Made by a program: the position numbers and the translations under genes | The notes under the pieces: generated by a model | Seen by the model: only the letters and a program-made list of their open reading frames with translations | Told to the model about the DNA's origin: nothing | Databases searched by the model: none | Assembly: GCA_022627495.1 (NCBI GenBank) | Contig: JAKEGJ010000021.1 | Coordinates: forward strand, 14,612 to 78,611 | Length of the DNA stretch: 64,000 nucleotides | Source of the DNA: Candidatus Micrarchaeota archaeon | GTDB lineage: Archaea > Micrarchaeota > Micrarchaeia > Anstonellales > Bilamarchaeaceae | Reading direction: 5' to 3' | Shown: piece after piece, positions 35,330 through 44,848 of the stretch | Numbering within the stretch: position 1 is the stretch's first letter | How the letters are laid out: each line of letters starts with the position of its first letter

Positions 35330-36033
35330 CCGAGCTTCCCCCTCCAGAACACGTCCTTCCGGAATAGGTCGAAGAAAATCGCATCGGGAGCCTTCGCGTA
35401 CGGCATCCCGAGGAGCGCGCTCACTGCCTGCGACGCCGCGAGCGTGCCGGCGAGCGAGGCAGCGGGGCAGATTACGCTCTGGCACATCTGGTAGCGCGCC
35501 AGCGCGTCTTCGTCTTCGGGCAGGCTGAACGCCTTCTCAAAACGGTATGAGGTGAAAACCGACACTATGCCCCGCGAGCCCTGCGCCGAGCAGAAGACGT
35601 ACGGGATTTTTTGCGCCCGGGCGATGCGCGAGAGGATTAGCTTGGATTTCACGTTGTCCGTCCCGTCAAGCACGATGCCGGCGCCTTTTATCGCAGGGCC
35701 GGAGCCTTCCCCGAATTCCTCGTGAGTGGTTATATCTATCCCCTTATTGATGGCCTTCGCCCGAGCCACGGCCGCATGGACTTTCGGCATGTCGAGGAAG
35801 TCCGCGGTGGCAAGCGGCTGGCGGTTGAAATTGGAGAGCTCGAAGCGGTCGTGGTCGAAAACGATGAGATTCTCCACCCCCATCCGCAGGAGGTTTTCAA
35901 GAATGAAGCCGCCCGTCCCCCCGAGGCCCACTATCGCGAACACAGCCTTCCGGACCTTCGCCTGCTGGGCTTTCGTAAGCGGGTTCCTGACGAACTTTTC
36001 ACCGTACAGGTCCGGGTTGCTGGTGCCTTTCAT
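35326..36033 (-). CDS. ThiF/MoeB/HesA-family E1-like adenylyltransferase
   Basis: AIVGLGGTGGFILENLLRMGVENLIVFDHDRFELSNFNRQ (Rossmann/ATP motif). 235 aa, with no rhodanese or Zn-CxxC module. Confidence 0.8.
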   Translation of the reverse strand: MKGTSNPDLYGEKFVRNPLTKAQQAKVRKAVFAIVGLGGTGGFILENLLRMGVENLIVFDHDRFELSNFNRQPLATADFLDMPKVHAAVARAKAINKGIDITTHEEFGEGSGPAIKGAGIVLDGTDNVKSKLILSRIARAQKIPYVFCSAQGSRGIVSVFTSYRFEKAFSLPEDEDALARYQMCQSVICPAASLAGTLAASQAVSALLGMPYAKAPDAIFFDLFRKDVFWRGKLG

Positions 36034-36488
36034 AGCCTACCGAACCCATGGCTGCGGTCGTCGCCTTTCTCCCGGTCCTTCCCGGTGCCTTTTTCCAGGT
36101 ATATCTTCTCCTTGATTCTCTTGAGCTGGGAGGATTCTACGTCGCCGGTCTGGAGTGCGGTCAGGTTTCGGAGGACCTGGAGCCTGCGCTGGATGTGCGG
36201 GTCGATGGTCTTTTCCTTGAACTGCCCGATGTGGGTGACATGGTAGAAGAAAATCGAAACGCCCGCAAGCAGCAGGGCGACGGTATACATGCGGCCGATG
36301 TCCGTCTTGGGAACGATGTCCCCGTATCCGGCGCTAGTGATGGAAACCGTAACGAAATATACGGATTCTATTGGCGTAAGGCCCTCCACGTAGATGAAGA
36401 AAGGGACTGAGATGATATAGAGTAATAGGACAAGGGCAACCCCATTAAGGAGGCTCTTGGCCACCGGGTCCATGGTTGGCATGCGCAT
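36030..36488 (-). CDS. Two-TM potassium channel (KcsA-like pore)
   Basis: Selectivity filter SITSAGYGDIVP flanked by two TM helices. The start is uncertain (ATG at 36488, 36482 or 36473; the track's TTG is at 36527). The stop overlaps the ThiF start (ATGA). Confidence 0.8.
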   Translation of the reverse strand: MRMPTMDPVAKSLLNGVALVLLLYIISVPFFIYVEGLTPIESVYFVTVSITSAGYGDIVPKTDIGRMYTVALLLAGVSIFFYHVTHIGQFKEKTIDPHIQRRLQVLRNLTALQTGDVESSQLKRIKEKIYLEKGTGKDREKGDDRSHGFGRL

Positions 36489-36591
36489 GAAATATCGGAT
36501 GCGGAAAATATAAACGTAGCGCTGCAATGCCGTGCGGCGATTAGGCGGGAACCGGGATGCGGCCGCCCGCCGCGCTTCAATCCGGGCAAGA

Positions 36592-38421
36592 TCATCTGAG
36601 GAATATGACTTTCTTCTTCGCCTTGCCTTTTTGCCTCTTCTCCCCCCCTTTGGACGACCCGTTGCCCCCCACGACGATGTAGTCGTCTTTTGAAGCCATG
36701 ATCTGGTTCTTCAGTATGTCCATCGGCCTGTGCTCCCTGAGGAACAGCCAAAGCGAGGAGGCGCGTATGGCGCTCCATAGGAAGAATACGGACAGGACGC
36801 CGAAGAGTATCGACGCCCAGTTGAATTCCCTGGGCAGCTTCAGGACATCCACAACCAGGTAGGAGTTGGCAAACAGCATGAAGAGGGTGCCGGCAATCAG
36901 GATGTTCCTGACAATCGACACCTGGCTGGCCTGGGGCGTGGTCCGGGAGAATATCGTGGCCAGCGCGTCGAAGAGGCGCTTTAGCGACAGGAGCAGGCGC
37001 GTAAGCGAAACCAGGAAAAGCGCGGCCATAATGGCAAGAAGCGCGGTGTGCGCAGTCATGCTGAAGCCTAACAAGGCGACCTCGAACTGCAGAAACGGCC
37101 TCGCCGCGTAATAGAAGATCAGCGCGCCTACCAGGTAGAAGAGGTCGGAGAAGCTTTTTTTCAGCTCCGCGACGAATAGGCGGTGGAAATAGCCGCCAGG
37201 CTCGAATGCGCAGAGAACGTTCCTGAAATACCCGGAGGCGTCCCTGAGGCTGTCCAGGAACCACACGGGAAGGCGGTGCTTCAACCATGCGTAGATGCGC
37301 TCGCTGCGGTTAAGGGAGACGGAGCAGACTAGCGAGGTCAAGAGCACCCCGATTGACGCTATGCCGACCAGGTCTGCGGTCACGACGCCCACGCTCTCCT
37401 TGGCGATCAGCAGGGAGAATTCACCCAGGGGGAGCATCGCAAGGCCCGCAAAGACCGAAGAGCGCCCGCTGGAACTGATCAGGAAGAATGTGAATGCGGT
37501 CGCAAGGAACACGGTCGCCATGAAGGCCCCTATCAGTATCATGGTCATGTCGGCGGATACGGCGAGCGCGGCCGGGCTTATCAGCATGCCGACCGAGAGG
37601 AAGAAGAATGACGAGAAGACATGGCTGAACGGCCGTATCGCCTGCTCCACGTCCCGGCCGATTGGCAGGCCGGCTATCATGCTTCCGGCAAGGAACGCGC
37701 CGATTGACGGGGTGAGGCCGACTACCGATGCGAGCACGCTCATGCCGACGCCGAGCGCGAAAGCGAATAGTATGAGGGTGTCCTCCGCCTGGTAGCGGAG
37801 GAAAAGCATAGAGAATTTCTTGAGGATGCGCAGGAGCACCAGGTAGGCGAACACCATGACGGCCAGGGAGATTAAGACGGCCCCGATAAGGTCCTCTGAG
37901 CTGAAGGTGCCGGATTTCATGCTCGAGAAGAAAGTGAGCATGAAGACGGCTATCAGGTCCTCTATGATGAGGATGGTGATTAGGACGGGCGTCTCCTGCC
38001 GGTCGGTGAGGCGCTTCTGCTCGAGTATCTTCATCATGATTGCGGTGCTGCTAAGCGACAGCATCGCGGCGATGAAGAGCGACGTCAGATAGTCGTAGCC
38101 TAGGAGTATCGAGACCTCGTGCATGACCGTGAAGGTGAGGAAGACAAGGATGAAGCTGCTGATGATGGCGCGCAGGCCTGAGGAAAGCAGCTTGGTGATG
38201 CTGAACTCGACGCCAATCATGAACAGGAGGAGGACCGCCCCGAGCTCGGCGAGCATGTCGATTGTGGGCAAATCGACGAGGTTGAGCATGTTAGGGCCCA
38301 TCACCATCCCCGCAAGCAAAAGGCCGGCTACGGGAGGCATCCTGAGCCGGACTGCGGCCATGCCTGCGATTGCGGCGAATAGCAGAATCCACTCGAAGTC
38401 GAGAATCGCGGTGCTTTCCAT
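36592..38421 (-). CDS. Cation:proton antiporter (CPA2/Kef-type) with extra C-terminal membrane domain
   Basis: 609 aa. The N-terminal ~380 aa have the Na+/H+ exchanger pattern (LLLAGMVMGP..., LLLFMIGVEF). It is a paralogue of the 1..1254 gene. The C-terminal ~200 aa add further TM helices. Confidence 0.8.
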   Translation of the reverse strand: MESTAILDFEWILLFAAIAGMAAVRLRMPPVAGLLLAGMVMGPNMLNLVDLPTIDMLAELGAVLLLFMIGVEFSITKLLSSGLRAIISSFILVFLTFTVMHEVSILLGYDYLTSLFIAAMLSLSSTAIMMKILEQKRLTDRQETPVLITILIIEDLIAVFMLTFFSSMKSGTFSSEDLIGAVLISLAVMVFAYLVLLRILKKFSMLFLRYQAEDTLILFAFALGVGMSVLASVVGLTPSIGAFLAGSMIAGLPIGRDVEQAIRPFSHVFSSFFFLSVGMLISPAALAVSADMTMILIGAFMATVFLATAFTFFLISSSGRSSVFAGLAMLPLGEFSLLIAKESVGVVTADLVGIASIGVLLTSLVCSVSLNRSERIYAWLKHRLPVWFLDSLRDASGYFRNVLCAFEPGGYFHRLFVAELKKSFSDLFYLVGALIFYYAARPFLQFEVALLGFSMTAHTALLAIMAALFLVSLTRLLLSLKRLFDALATIFSRTTPQASQVSIVRNILIAGTLFMLFANSYLVVDVLKLPREFNWASILFGVLSVFFLWSAIRASSLWLFLREHRPMDILKNQIMASKDDYIVVGGNGSSKGGEKRQKGKAKKKVIFLR

Positions 38422-38494
38422 ACGGCATCTGTGCTTGGGAGCAAGGTAAAATCCAAGGAGAAACTATTAAAGTTTTGTATCCGATTGAGGAGCC

Positions 38495-39742
38495 ATGGAG
38501 ACTTTCGTCGAGTGCCTGGGCGCGTCAAGGGAAGTCGGGCGGAGCGCGTTCATGCTTCACACCGACCGCAACATCATGCTCGACTACGGCATAAAGATAT
38601 TCGACGAAAGCGGCACGGCCAAGTTCCCGCTTGAGACGCCCGTCAAGCCGGATTTGATGGTGCTCTCGCACGCGCACCTGGACCACTCGGGCTGCATTCC
38701 AGCGCTATACACCCAGAACCGGATACGCTGGTATTCCACCCCGCCCACGAAGGACATATGCGAGGTCCTCTGGATGGACTCGATGAAGATCATGGGCGAC
38801 GACCTGCCATATCGCCTTGGCCACCTGAAAAAGGCGCAGAAGTTCTGGAACCCCCTCCTCTACCGGCACCCGATAACCAGCGGGGAGACGAAAATCGAGC
38901 TCTATGACGCCGGCCATATCAGCGGAGCCGCGATGGTCGAGGTGACGCACAAGGGCAGGAGCTTCCTCTACACCGGCGACTTCAAAATCGAGGAGACGTT
39001 CATGCACAGGGGCGCGAAATTCGTCGAAGGCGTGGACACGCTCATGATTGAGAGCACGTATGCCAAGAGGGAGCACCCGCCAAGGAGGGAGGCGGAAGAG
39101 AAGTTCATGGCGACCGTCTATGAGACGCTTGAAAACGGGGGCAACGTCCTTCTGCCGGCTTTCGCCCTCGGCCGGACGCAGGAACTGATAGCGCTTCTCC
39201 GGAGCTATGACCGCGAGATACCGATTTTCGTGGACGGAATGGGCCGCGAGATGGCGCGCATCTACATGCAGTACCCCAAATACCTTAAAGATGCGGACAA
39301 TTTCAGGAAAGCGGTCCGGAGCGTGACGCTTGTGCAGTCGATTCCGGACAAGAAGGCGGCCCTGCGCGAGCCGTCCGTGATAATATCCACTGCGGGCATG
39401 CTAAACGGAGGCCCGATGCTGAACTACATCTTCAACGCGAACTCGGAATCCAGGATAATATTCACCGGATACTGCGTCGAGGGCACGAACGGCTGGATGC
39501 TCCAGAACAACGGCAACATAGTCAAAGACGGGCAGGAGCTGGCGGTGGACTTGCCCGTAGATTACCTGGACCTTTCTGCGCATGCCGGGCGGAGCGACCT
39601 ATTGCGCTTCATCAAGAAGGCGAACCCGGAGAAAATCCTGCTCGTCCATGGAGACAAGCCCGAGGACTTCGCAAAAGAGCTGGAAGAGGACCACGGGTTC
39701 AGGTCGGTGGCCCCGCTCCCTGGCGAGAGGGTAATGCTGTAG
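38495..39742 (+). CDS. Metallo-beta-lactamase/beta-CASP ribonuclease (aCPSF2-like size)
   Basis: VLSHAHLDHSG (HxHxDH), DAGHISGAA, and the C-terminal LSAHAG and LVHGD beta-CASP motifs. Confidence 0.8.
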   Translation: METFVECLGASREVGRSAFMLHTDRNIMLDYGIKIFDESGTAKFPLETPVKPDLMVLSHAHLDHSGCIPALYTQNRIRWYSTPPTKDICEVLWMDSMKIMGDDLPYRLGHLKKAQKFWNPLLYRHPITSGETKIELYDAGHISGAAMVEVTHKGRSFLYTGDFKIEETFMHRGAKFVEGVDTLMIESTYAKREHPPRREAEEKFMATVYETLENGGNVLLPAFALGRTQELIALLRSYDREIPIFVDGMGREMARIYMQYPKYLKDADNFRKAVRSVTLVQSIPDKKAALREPSVIISTAGMLNGGPMLNYIFNANSESRIIFTGYCVEGTNGWMLQNNGNIVKDGQELAVDLPVDYLDLSAHAGRSDLLRFIKKANPEKILLVHGDKPEDFAKELEEDHGFRSVAPLPGERVML

Positions 39743-39817
39743 TTGCTTGCAGGATTGGACATGCTGAGGGAAAGGATTGGAAGGGTGTGATGGCGGCGCA
39801 GGTGGCGCCCGCCCCGC

Positions 39818-41098
39818 TCACTTCTTCTCCAAAACGAGCATCTCTTCCGGATACGCAAGATGCGATTTGGTTGTGGCGAACGCGCGGAAGAAAGAGTGTA
39901 TCGCTTCATCAGCCTTCGCCAGGGGGCGCTTCACTTCGGCATAGAGCCGCTTCTTTTTTATGATGAACCTGCCCCTCTTGTGGCTTTTCCTGAACTGCGC
40001 CGCGTGTTTTTTCATTTCCAATGGCGGCCCGGCGACGAGCATCTTATCGGGGAGGCGGTCCCTGCCCAATATTATCGCGAGGCGCACCAGGTGGCGCGAA
40101 TCGTCCGCGATTATTCCCTTCGGCTGGAATTCCCCGAGGTGCGACTCCAGCTGGCCGAGCATCTTATGCAGCTGGCCCCAGAGGATGTCGTCGACTATAT
40201 CCGGCCTGGGCATGGAAAGGACATAGAGCTTCTTCCCCTTCGACGCCTTCGCGGCCTTCTCCTCGAATGACAACGGCTTCCTGAAGAAGAAGGACTCGGC
40301 GGGCTTCTTGATGAAGCGCCTGGCAAGCGAGATGAAGAGCCGGAGGTTCTCCCCAGATACCGCCGCGGCGACGTTGCGGTTCCTGTCAGTCGGGTCTATC
40401 ACCACGAACTGGCTTCCGAAGCGCTTCGACGCGCCCCCGGCCTCGGAAGGCTTGTAGTATTTCTTGATGTCGATGAATATGCCGCCAGCCGCCCCGGCCT
40501 TCCATTTCGCGGACGCCTTCAGGAGGGCAGGAAAGCCGCCGTATTTTATTATCAGGAGCTCGCAGAGGTAGCCCGAGAAGCCGCCTATCTTGATTTCGGC
40601 CCCGTAAATTTCTGATGAGCGCAGGAACTGCTTCAGCAGCAATACGTCGTCCACCTGCTTTTTCTTCAGCGAGCCGGTCACGAACTTGGTATGCAGGACC
40701 GAGCGGTCCACCGCGCTGATGCGCTCGGCCGCCTTGGTTATCTTGTATGCCGGGACGAGGTCTATCCGGCGCCCTTCGAAATGGAAGCGCGAGTACGGAT
40801 GCTCGGCGTAGCTGAGCTGGTAGCCCAAAGAGGGGAATGAGGCGGCCATTATGTCCTTGATGAAGGGCTCCAGCGATTCGCGGGGCACGGAGCGGCCGAA
40901 AAGCACGAAGATGTCGATGTCCCGCTTGTCCCGGAGGAAGGTGCGCTTGGCCATCGAGCCCGTGAGCACGACGTCGCACCCTTTGGGCGCATTGTCACGT
41001 ATGTGCGCGACCATCAGCTCTGCGAAGGCAAGCTCCGCCGAAAGCTCGCCGCCGCTCGGCTTAATAGCCTGCAGTACCCGCGCCAGTACCTTCTGCAT
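39818..41098 (-). CDS. cca: CCA-adding enzyme (class I tRNA nucleotidyltransferase)
   Basis: LTGSMAKRTFLRDKRDIDIFVLF (GS...DxD nucleotidyltransferase motif). Archaeal length, 426 aa. Confidence 0.85.
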   Translation of the reverse strand: MQKVLARVLQAIKPSGGELSAELAFAELMVAHIRDNAPKGCDVVLTGSMAKRTFLRDKRDIDIFVLFGRSVPRESLEPFIKDIMAASFPSLGYQLSYAEHPYSRFHFEGRRIDLVPAYKITKAAERISAVDRSVLHTKFVTGSLKKKQVDDVLLLKQFLRSSEIYGAEIKIGGFSGYLCELLIIKYGGFPALLKASAKWKAGAAGGIFIDIKKYYKPSEAGGASKRFGSQFVVIDPTDRNRNVAAAVSGENLRLFISLARRFIKKPAESFFFRKPLSFEEKAAKASKGKKLYVLSMPRPDIVDDILWGQLHKMLGQLESHLGEFQPKGIIADDSRHLVRLAIILGRDRLPDKMLVAGPPLEMKKHAAQFRKSHKRGRFIIKKKRLYAEVKRPLAKADEAIHSFFRAFATTKSHLAYPEEMLVLEKK

Positions 41099-41139
41099 GC
41101 AATATCGTCTTCGGCAAGATTTTAAAAGAACGCCTCGGA

Positions 41140-43425
41140 ATGGTGTTCATGCGACGGAGCATAGTCCTATTGCTTGCAATATTCCTGTTGGGTTTTGGGT
41201 GCCTGGGCGAAAGCCCGTACCAGGGGGGGAACGCGGAGGCTGTCGCCAGCGCCCAGCCTACGGACCTTGACGGGGACGGGAGCGCGGATTACATCGTCTA
41301 TGGCTTCTCGCCGGCAACCTACAAGGGAGCGGGGATGATTGTCCAGAGGCAGGTCACCGTCACTGCCGAGACCGCCTCCGCATACACTTCCATCACCCCC
41401 AATCTGACCGATGTGGACCTGCTGATAGCCGACCAGAGCCTGGATGAGTTCTCCAAATCCAGGATACAGGCCGACACGGCATGCAGCCAGGCCATAGGCC
41501 TCAGCAACGTCGTTTGCTCGGACGTCACGACATGCGTGAAGCTCTGCACGAGCGCTTCGCAGAAATGCAGGAACATCGCGGCGGGGAACGAGGAGATCCT
41601 GGCCGGCTCGATGATATCGTATGTCAAGGCGAACAACGAGATACGCTCTCTCCTGCTGGATTCGCGCAGGATCGTCATAACGCTCAGGGAAGGAACCCCG
41701 GAGGAAAGGGACGAATTCCTCGGCAAGACAAGGCAGATAATCAACCGCATCGCCGAGATTAACGCGAACCCGCTTTACTCCAGCGGCGATTTCCTGCTGT
41801 GCTCATATTCCGACTTCGGCATCCCGTACATGCTCGATGCCGCGCACAAGGTAGGGCAGTATGAAACCCAAAATTCCGGCTACCGCTACCACGTGCTCAT
41901 CTCGGTAAAGCCGGCCGCCTCAGGAAACGCCCAGGACATAGGGGTGGAGATTTCCGGGCTCGGGATAACGGACAAGATTCCCGCCAACCTGGTCCTGGAC
42001 ACCGAAAGCATCTCTTCCATGCAGGCCATTTCCGCGTCCGAATCCGGAGGGTATTCGGTGGTGAACTGGACATCCGCCAAGTCGAACGAGGCCGGATACG
42101 CGCTTTATTACGAGTTCCAGTCGGAGGAACCCCCCGAAAGCGTAATCGGGGGCATGCGTACGCCGGAAATACACGTGAAGACCATCAACCTGGTGCCTCT
42201 TGCGCCGACCAACATGATACTGGTGGCCTTGAACGGCGCCCTCGGGAACTACTATCTGGCATTCGGGGCGGCGACAGGCATCACGCTGGCCGCATTGCTG
42301 TTCGTCTACAACATCGTAATACTCCTTTTCACAATGCTGAGCGAGAGGGTCGCGGGAGCGAGCCTCACGACCGGATTCCGGAAGGCCTTCGGAAGGACCG
42401 ATGTGCGCTGGAAGGCGGATATCGTCGTAGCGGCGGTGATGCTGGCGGCTGGGTATTACCTGTCCACAACGGTTGCCATGCGGCCTGCAGCCATGCCGCC
42501 CCTCCTCGAATCAGTCGATTTCCTCATGAAGAGCGACATGGGTCTGATAGCCATAGGCGTGACGCTGGTCGGCGTCCTGATGACTTATTTCGCAATCGAG
42601 AACTTCGTCAAGATAACGATACTCGAGCGGGCGTACGGGATGGTGATACGCCAGGAAAAGGACATGTTCCTCGCCAAGGCCGGGGCCCTTAAAGACAGGA
42701 TAAAGGAGCTCGAGTCCCTGGTGGAGGAGTACAGCAAGGAGGACTTCGACGTAAGCAAGGAATACGACGTCCTCACGACCGTGAAAAGCGAGAAGATAGA
42801 CCTCCTTGCCAAGGACATGACCGCCAGGAGCAAGGCGCTCATAGACGACTACCTCACCCGCGTCGACAACGCGGTTTCCAGCCTGAAAGGCAGGAAGAAG
42901 CTGGCCGACGAGAACTGGCCCAGGTGGAAGGAGGCCATAGAAAAGATGCTTAACGAGCAGAACGAGGTCTACATCTCCTCCCTCGTCACCGTTCCTGCGT
43001 CGCTGCGCGGCTGGGCGCTCGGCAAGTTCGCCAAGGAGGCGGGCGTGGAAGGCCTCAGTTTCGAGCGGGACGTGATAAAGAAAAGGAAGGTGTCACCCGA
43101 CCAGCTCGTCTTGGACATGCTCGGAAAAGGCCTGCTCAGGGGGGCTATCGTGATGAAGCAGGACAAGGTCGTCCTGGCTGAGTTCGCGGAGGGCGGGGGC
43201 ACGGTCATGACCGCCCTGGGCCTGAAGCTGATGTCTTATATGCGCACATTGGCCCGGAACCTCGGCCAGCACCAGCCCCAGAGCTTCGCGGCTATCGGGG
43301 ATAAGACGGTCATTGTCGTCATGCGCAGCCGCATGCTGGATTCCATCCTGTTCATCAGCAAGGACAAGTTCAAGGATGCGGTCGAGCAGTGGAAGGCCAA
43401 GATGAAGATTTTCGAGTCCGGATGA
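41140..43425 (+). CDS. Large membrane protein: lipobox-like signal, extracellular domain, ~4 TM helices, cytoplasmic coiled coil and Roadblock/LC7-like C-terminus
   Basis: LLLAIFLLGFGCLG; DLDGDGSADYIV (Ca-binding/FG-GAP-like); TM block at ~aa 360-490. The C-terminal GLLRGAIVMKQDKVVLAEFAEGGGTVMTALGLKLMSYMRTLARNLG...KTVIVVMRSRMLDSILFISKDK fits the beta-beta-alpha-beta-beta-beta Roadblock pattern. This is an inference. Confidence 0.65.
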   Translation: MVFMRRSIVLLLAIFLLGFGCLGESPYQGGNAEAVASAQPTDLDGDGSADYIVYGFSPATYKGAGMIVQRQVTVTAETASAYTSITPNLTDVDLLIADQSLDEFSKSRIQADTACSQAIGLSNVVCSDVTTCVKLCTSASQKCRNIAAGNEEILAGSMISYVKANNEIRSLLLDSRRIVITLREGTPEERDEFLGKTRQIINRIAEINANPLYSSGDFLLCSYSDFGIPYMLDAAHKVGQYETQNSGYRYHVLISVKPAASGNAQDIGVEISGLGITDKIPANLVLDTESISSMQAISASESGGYSVVNWTSAKSNEAGYALYYEFQSEEPPESVIGGMRTPEIHVKTINLVPLAPTNMILVALNGALGNYYLAFGAATGITLAALLFVYNIVILLFTMLSERVAGASLTTGFRKAFGRTDVRWKADIVVAAVMLAAGYYLSTTVAMRPAAMPPLLESVDFLMKSDMGLIAIGVTLVGVLMTYFAIENFVKITILERAYGMVIRQEKDMFLAKAGALKDRIKELESLVEEYSKEDFDVSKEYDVLTTVKSEKIDLLAKDMTARSKALIDDYLTRVDNAVSSLKGRKKLADENWPRWKEAIEKMLNEQNEVYISSLVTVPASLRGWALGKFAKEAGVEGLSFERDVIKKRKVSPDQLVLDMLGKGLLRGAIVMKQDKVVLAEFAEGGGTVMTALGLKLMSYMRTLARNLGQHQPQSFAAIGDKTVIVVMRSRMLDSILFISKDKFKDAVEQWKAKMKIFESG

Positions 43426-43430
43426 CTGCA

Positions 43431-44756
43431 TCAGCCTAAGCATTTCTTTTTATTTAATAGAAAGACGAATTGCTTCCCCTTCAGTATTTTGTGAAGGTAA
43501 TCCTGCCTCTCAAGTTCAAGTAGGTCAGACCGGGCCGTTTGATATGTGATGTTATATATTTTTTGCATTTCAGCAATCACAAGCGGCCGCTCATTCTTAC
43601 TAAGATTGAATAAGATATCCGCTTGGCGGATATTCAACTTCGGATTTTTCCGGATAGCTTCGAATATTTTCTTATTCTCTTCACGAGTTTTTCCGACATA
43701 TGTTTCGAACGATTGAACTGCGAGGTTCAATGCCCGCAAGTTGAATTTAATAAAATAGGTTATATCGTTGTTATCGGTTTCAGTAAATAGATATGCGCGA
43801 GCGTACTGGCCTTTTGCATTGTTTATAGCAGTCGAAACGGCGATATATTCGAGGTAATCATATCTTTGGGTTATGAGATACCAATAGAACAGGGCTCTGG
43901 CAGTCCGTCCATTTCCATCGTTAAAAGGATGGATATACCCAATCATATAATGGAGAACCATAGCTTTTACGAATGGGTGAAGGTAATAACTTTCAGATTC
44001 AGTATTAATAAAATTACACACTTCCAGCATCAATTTTTCAATTATTTGATAATCGGGTGGATTATGAATGACCTGAAAGGGGTCATCCCGGGCAAATACT
44101 TTTACTTCGTTATCTGTTCTAAATGCGCCTTCGTATTCTTTCTTGCCCAGAGTGTCCTTGGCGATTAGTTTGTGAATTTCTTTGATAAAGTCAATAGATA
44201 GTTTCTGGTTTTGCACCGGATGCTCTTTGATGAACCTCATGGTTATGTAGTTGTTAAGTATCATCTTCTCGGAATGCGTCTGCGGTTTTCTGTTTTCCCG
44301 TAACATCTTCTTAGCAACGACCCTGGTGGTTGCGGCACCCTCCAGTTGGCTTGAAGCAATGGCCTCTTCCATCAAAGAATTTACAAGATATTTATTCTGC
44401 AGGGGGGTGTCCAGGATTTGACCTTTAATTTCTATTTTTCCGCCAATTCGCGTATCTAGATCGTGGAGCATTTTCTCGATGAATGGCGTCTGAACATATC
44501 GCAGCGTAATGCCGTTTATACTAATATTTTTTGCACTAAATGCTCTATTAATATCGACAACTGCCCAAAGAAGCTTAAGGTCGATATTTTTAAATCGGGG
44601 ATCAATTCCGATTTCATCCCAGTGCATATAATCGCTATTAATAATTTCAATGTAGGGCCGAAGCTCTTCAACATTTATACTAGGTTTGCCGGATAGGAAG
44701 TCCTGGATTTCACTCCTAGAAGGTGGTTTGTTTGGAAGGCGCATGCGGATCACCAT
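43431..44756 (-). CDS. fic: Fic/DOC-family protein (probable AMPylase) with N-terminal inhibitory motif and C-terminal wHTH
   Basis: Core HPFNDGNGRTARAL (HxFx[D/E]GNGRxxR). SSQLEG upstream fits the (S/T)xxxE(G/N) alpha-inh motif. The gene and its flanks are conspicuously AT-rich compared with neighbours. Confidence 0.85.
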   Translation of the reverse strand: MVIRMRLPNKPPSRSEIQDFLSGKPSINVEELRPYIEIINSDYMHWDEIGIDPRFKNIDLKLLWAVVDINRAFSAKNISINGITLRYVQTPFIEKMLHDLDTRIGGKIEIKGQILDTPLQNKYLVNSLMEEAIASSQLEGAATTRVVAKKMLRENRKPQTHSEKMILNNYITMRFIKEHPVQNQKLSIDFIKEIHKLIAKDTLGKKEYEGAFRTDNEVKVFARDDPFQVIHNPPDYQIIEKLMLEVCNFINTESESYYLHPFVKAMVLHYMIGYIHPFNDGNGRTARALFYWYLITQRYDYLEYIAVSTAINNAKGQYARAYLFTETDNNDITYFIKFNLRALNLAVQSFETYVGKTREENKKIFEAIRKNPKLNIRQADILFNLSKNERPLVIAEMQKIYNITYQTARSDLLELERQDYLHKILKGKQFVFLLNKKKCLG

Positions 44757-44848
44757 CTACTAATTTGATAATCATTAGTATTCATTAGTAGGTGTTTGTT
44801 TATAAATATATCTACTAATTCGTTAATCATTAGTATTCATTAGTAGGT
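44757..44848. promoter_or_regulatory. Fic upstream region: two 37-bp direct repeats with internal dyads flanking a TATA-like box
   Basis: ctactaatt[t/c]g[a/t]taatcattagtattcattagtaggt occurs at 44757-44793 and 44812-44848. Each contains CTACTAAT...ATTAGTAG. tttataaatata (44799-44810) lies between them. Copy 1 abuts the Fic ATG. Confidence 0.55.

Noticed and set aside
35330-35485. N-terminal extension of ORF 35030..35485 (MPERNLPRCLARRHARG...)
   Set aside because: It lies inside the ThiF-like coding region in another frame. The internal ATG at 35329 forms the ATGA coupling typical of this operon.
36368-37288. 306-aa minus-strand ORF overlapping the K+ channel/antiporter junction
   Set aside because: R/P/H-rich shadow frame of the CPA2 antiporter gene.
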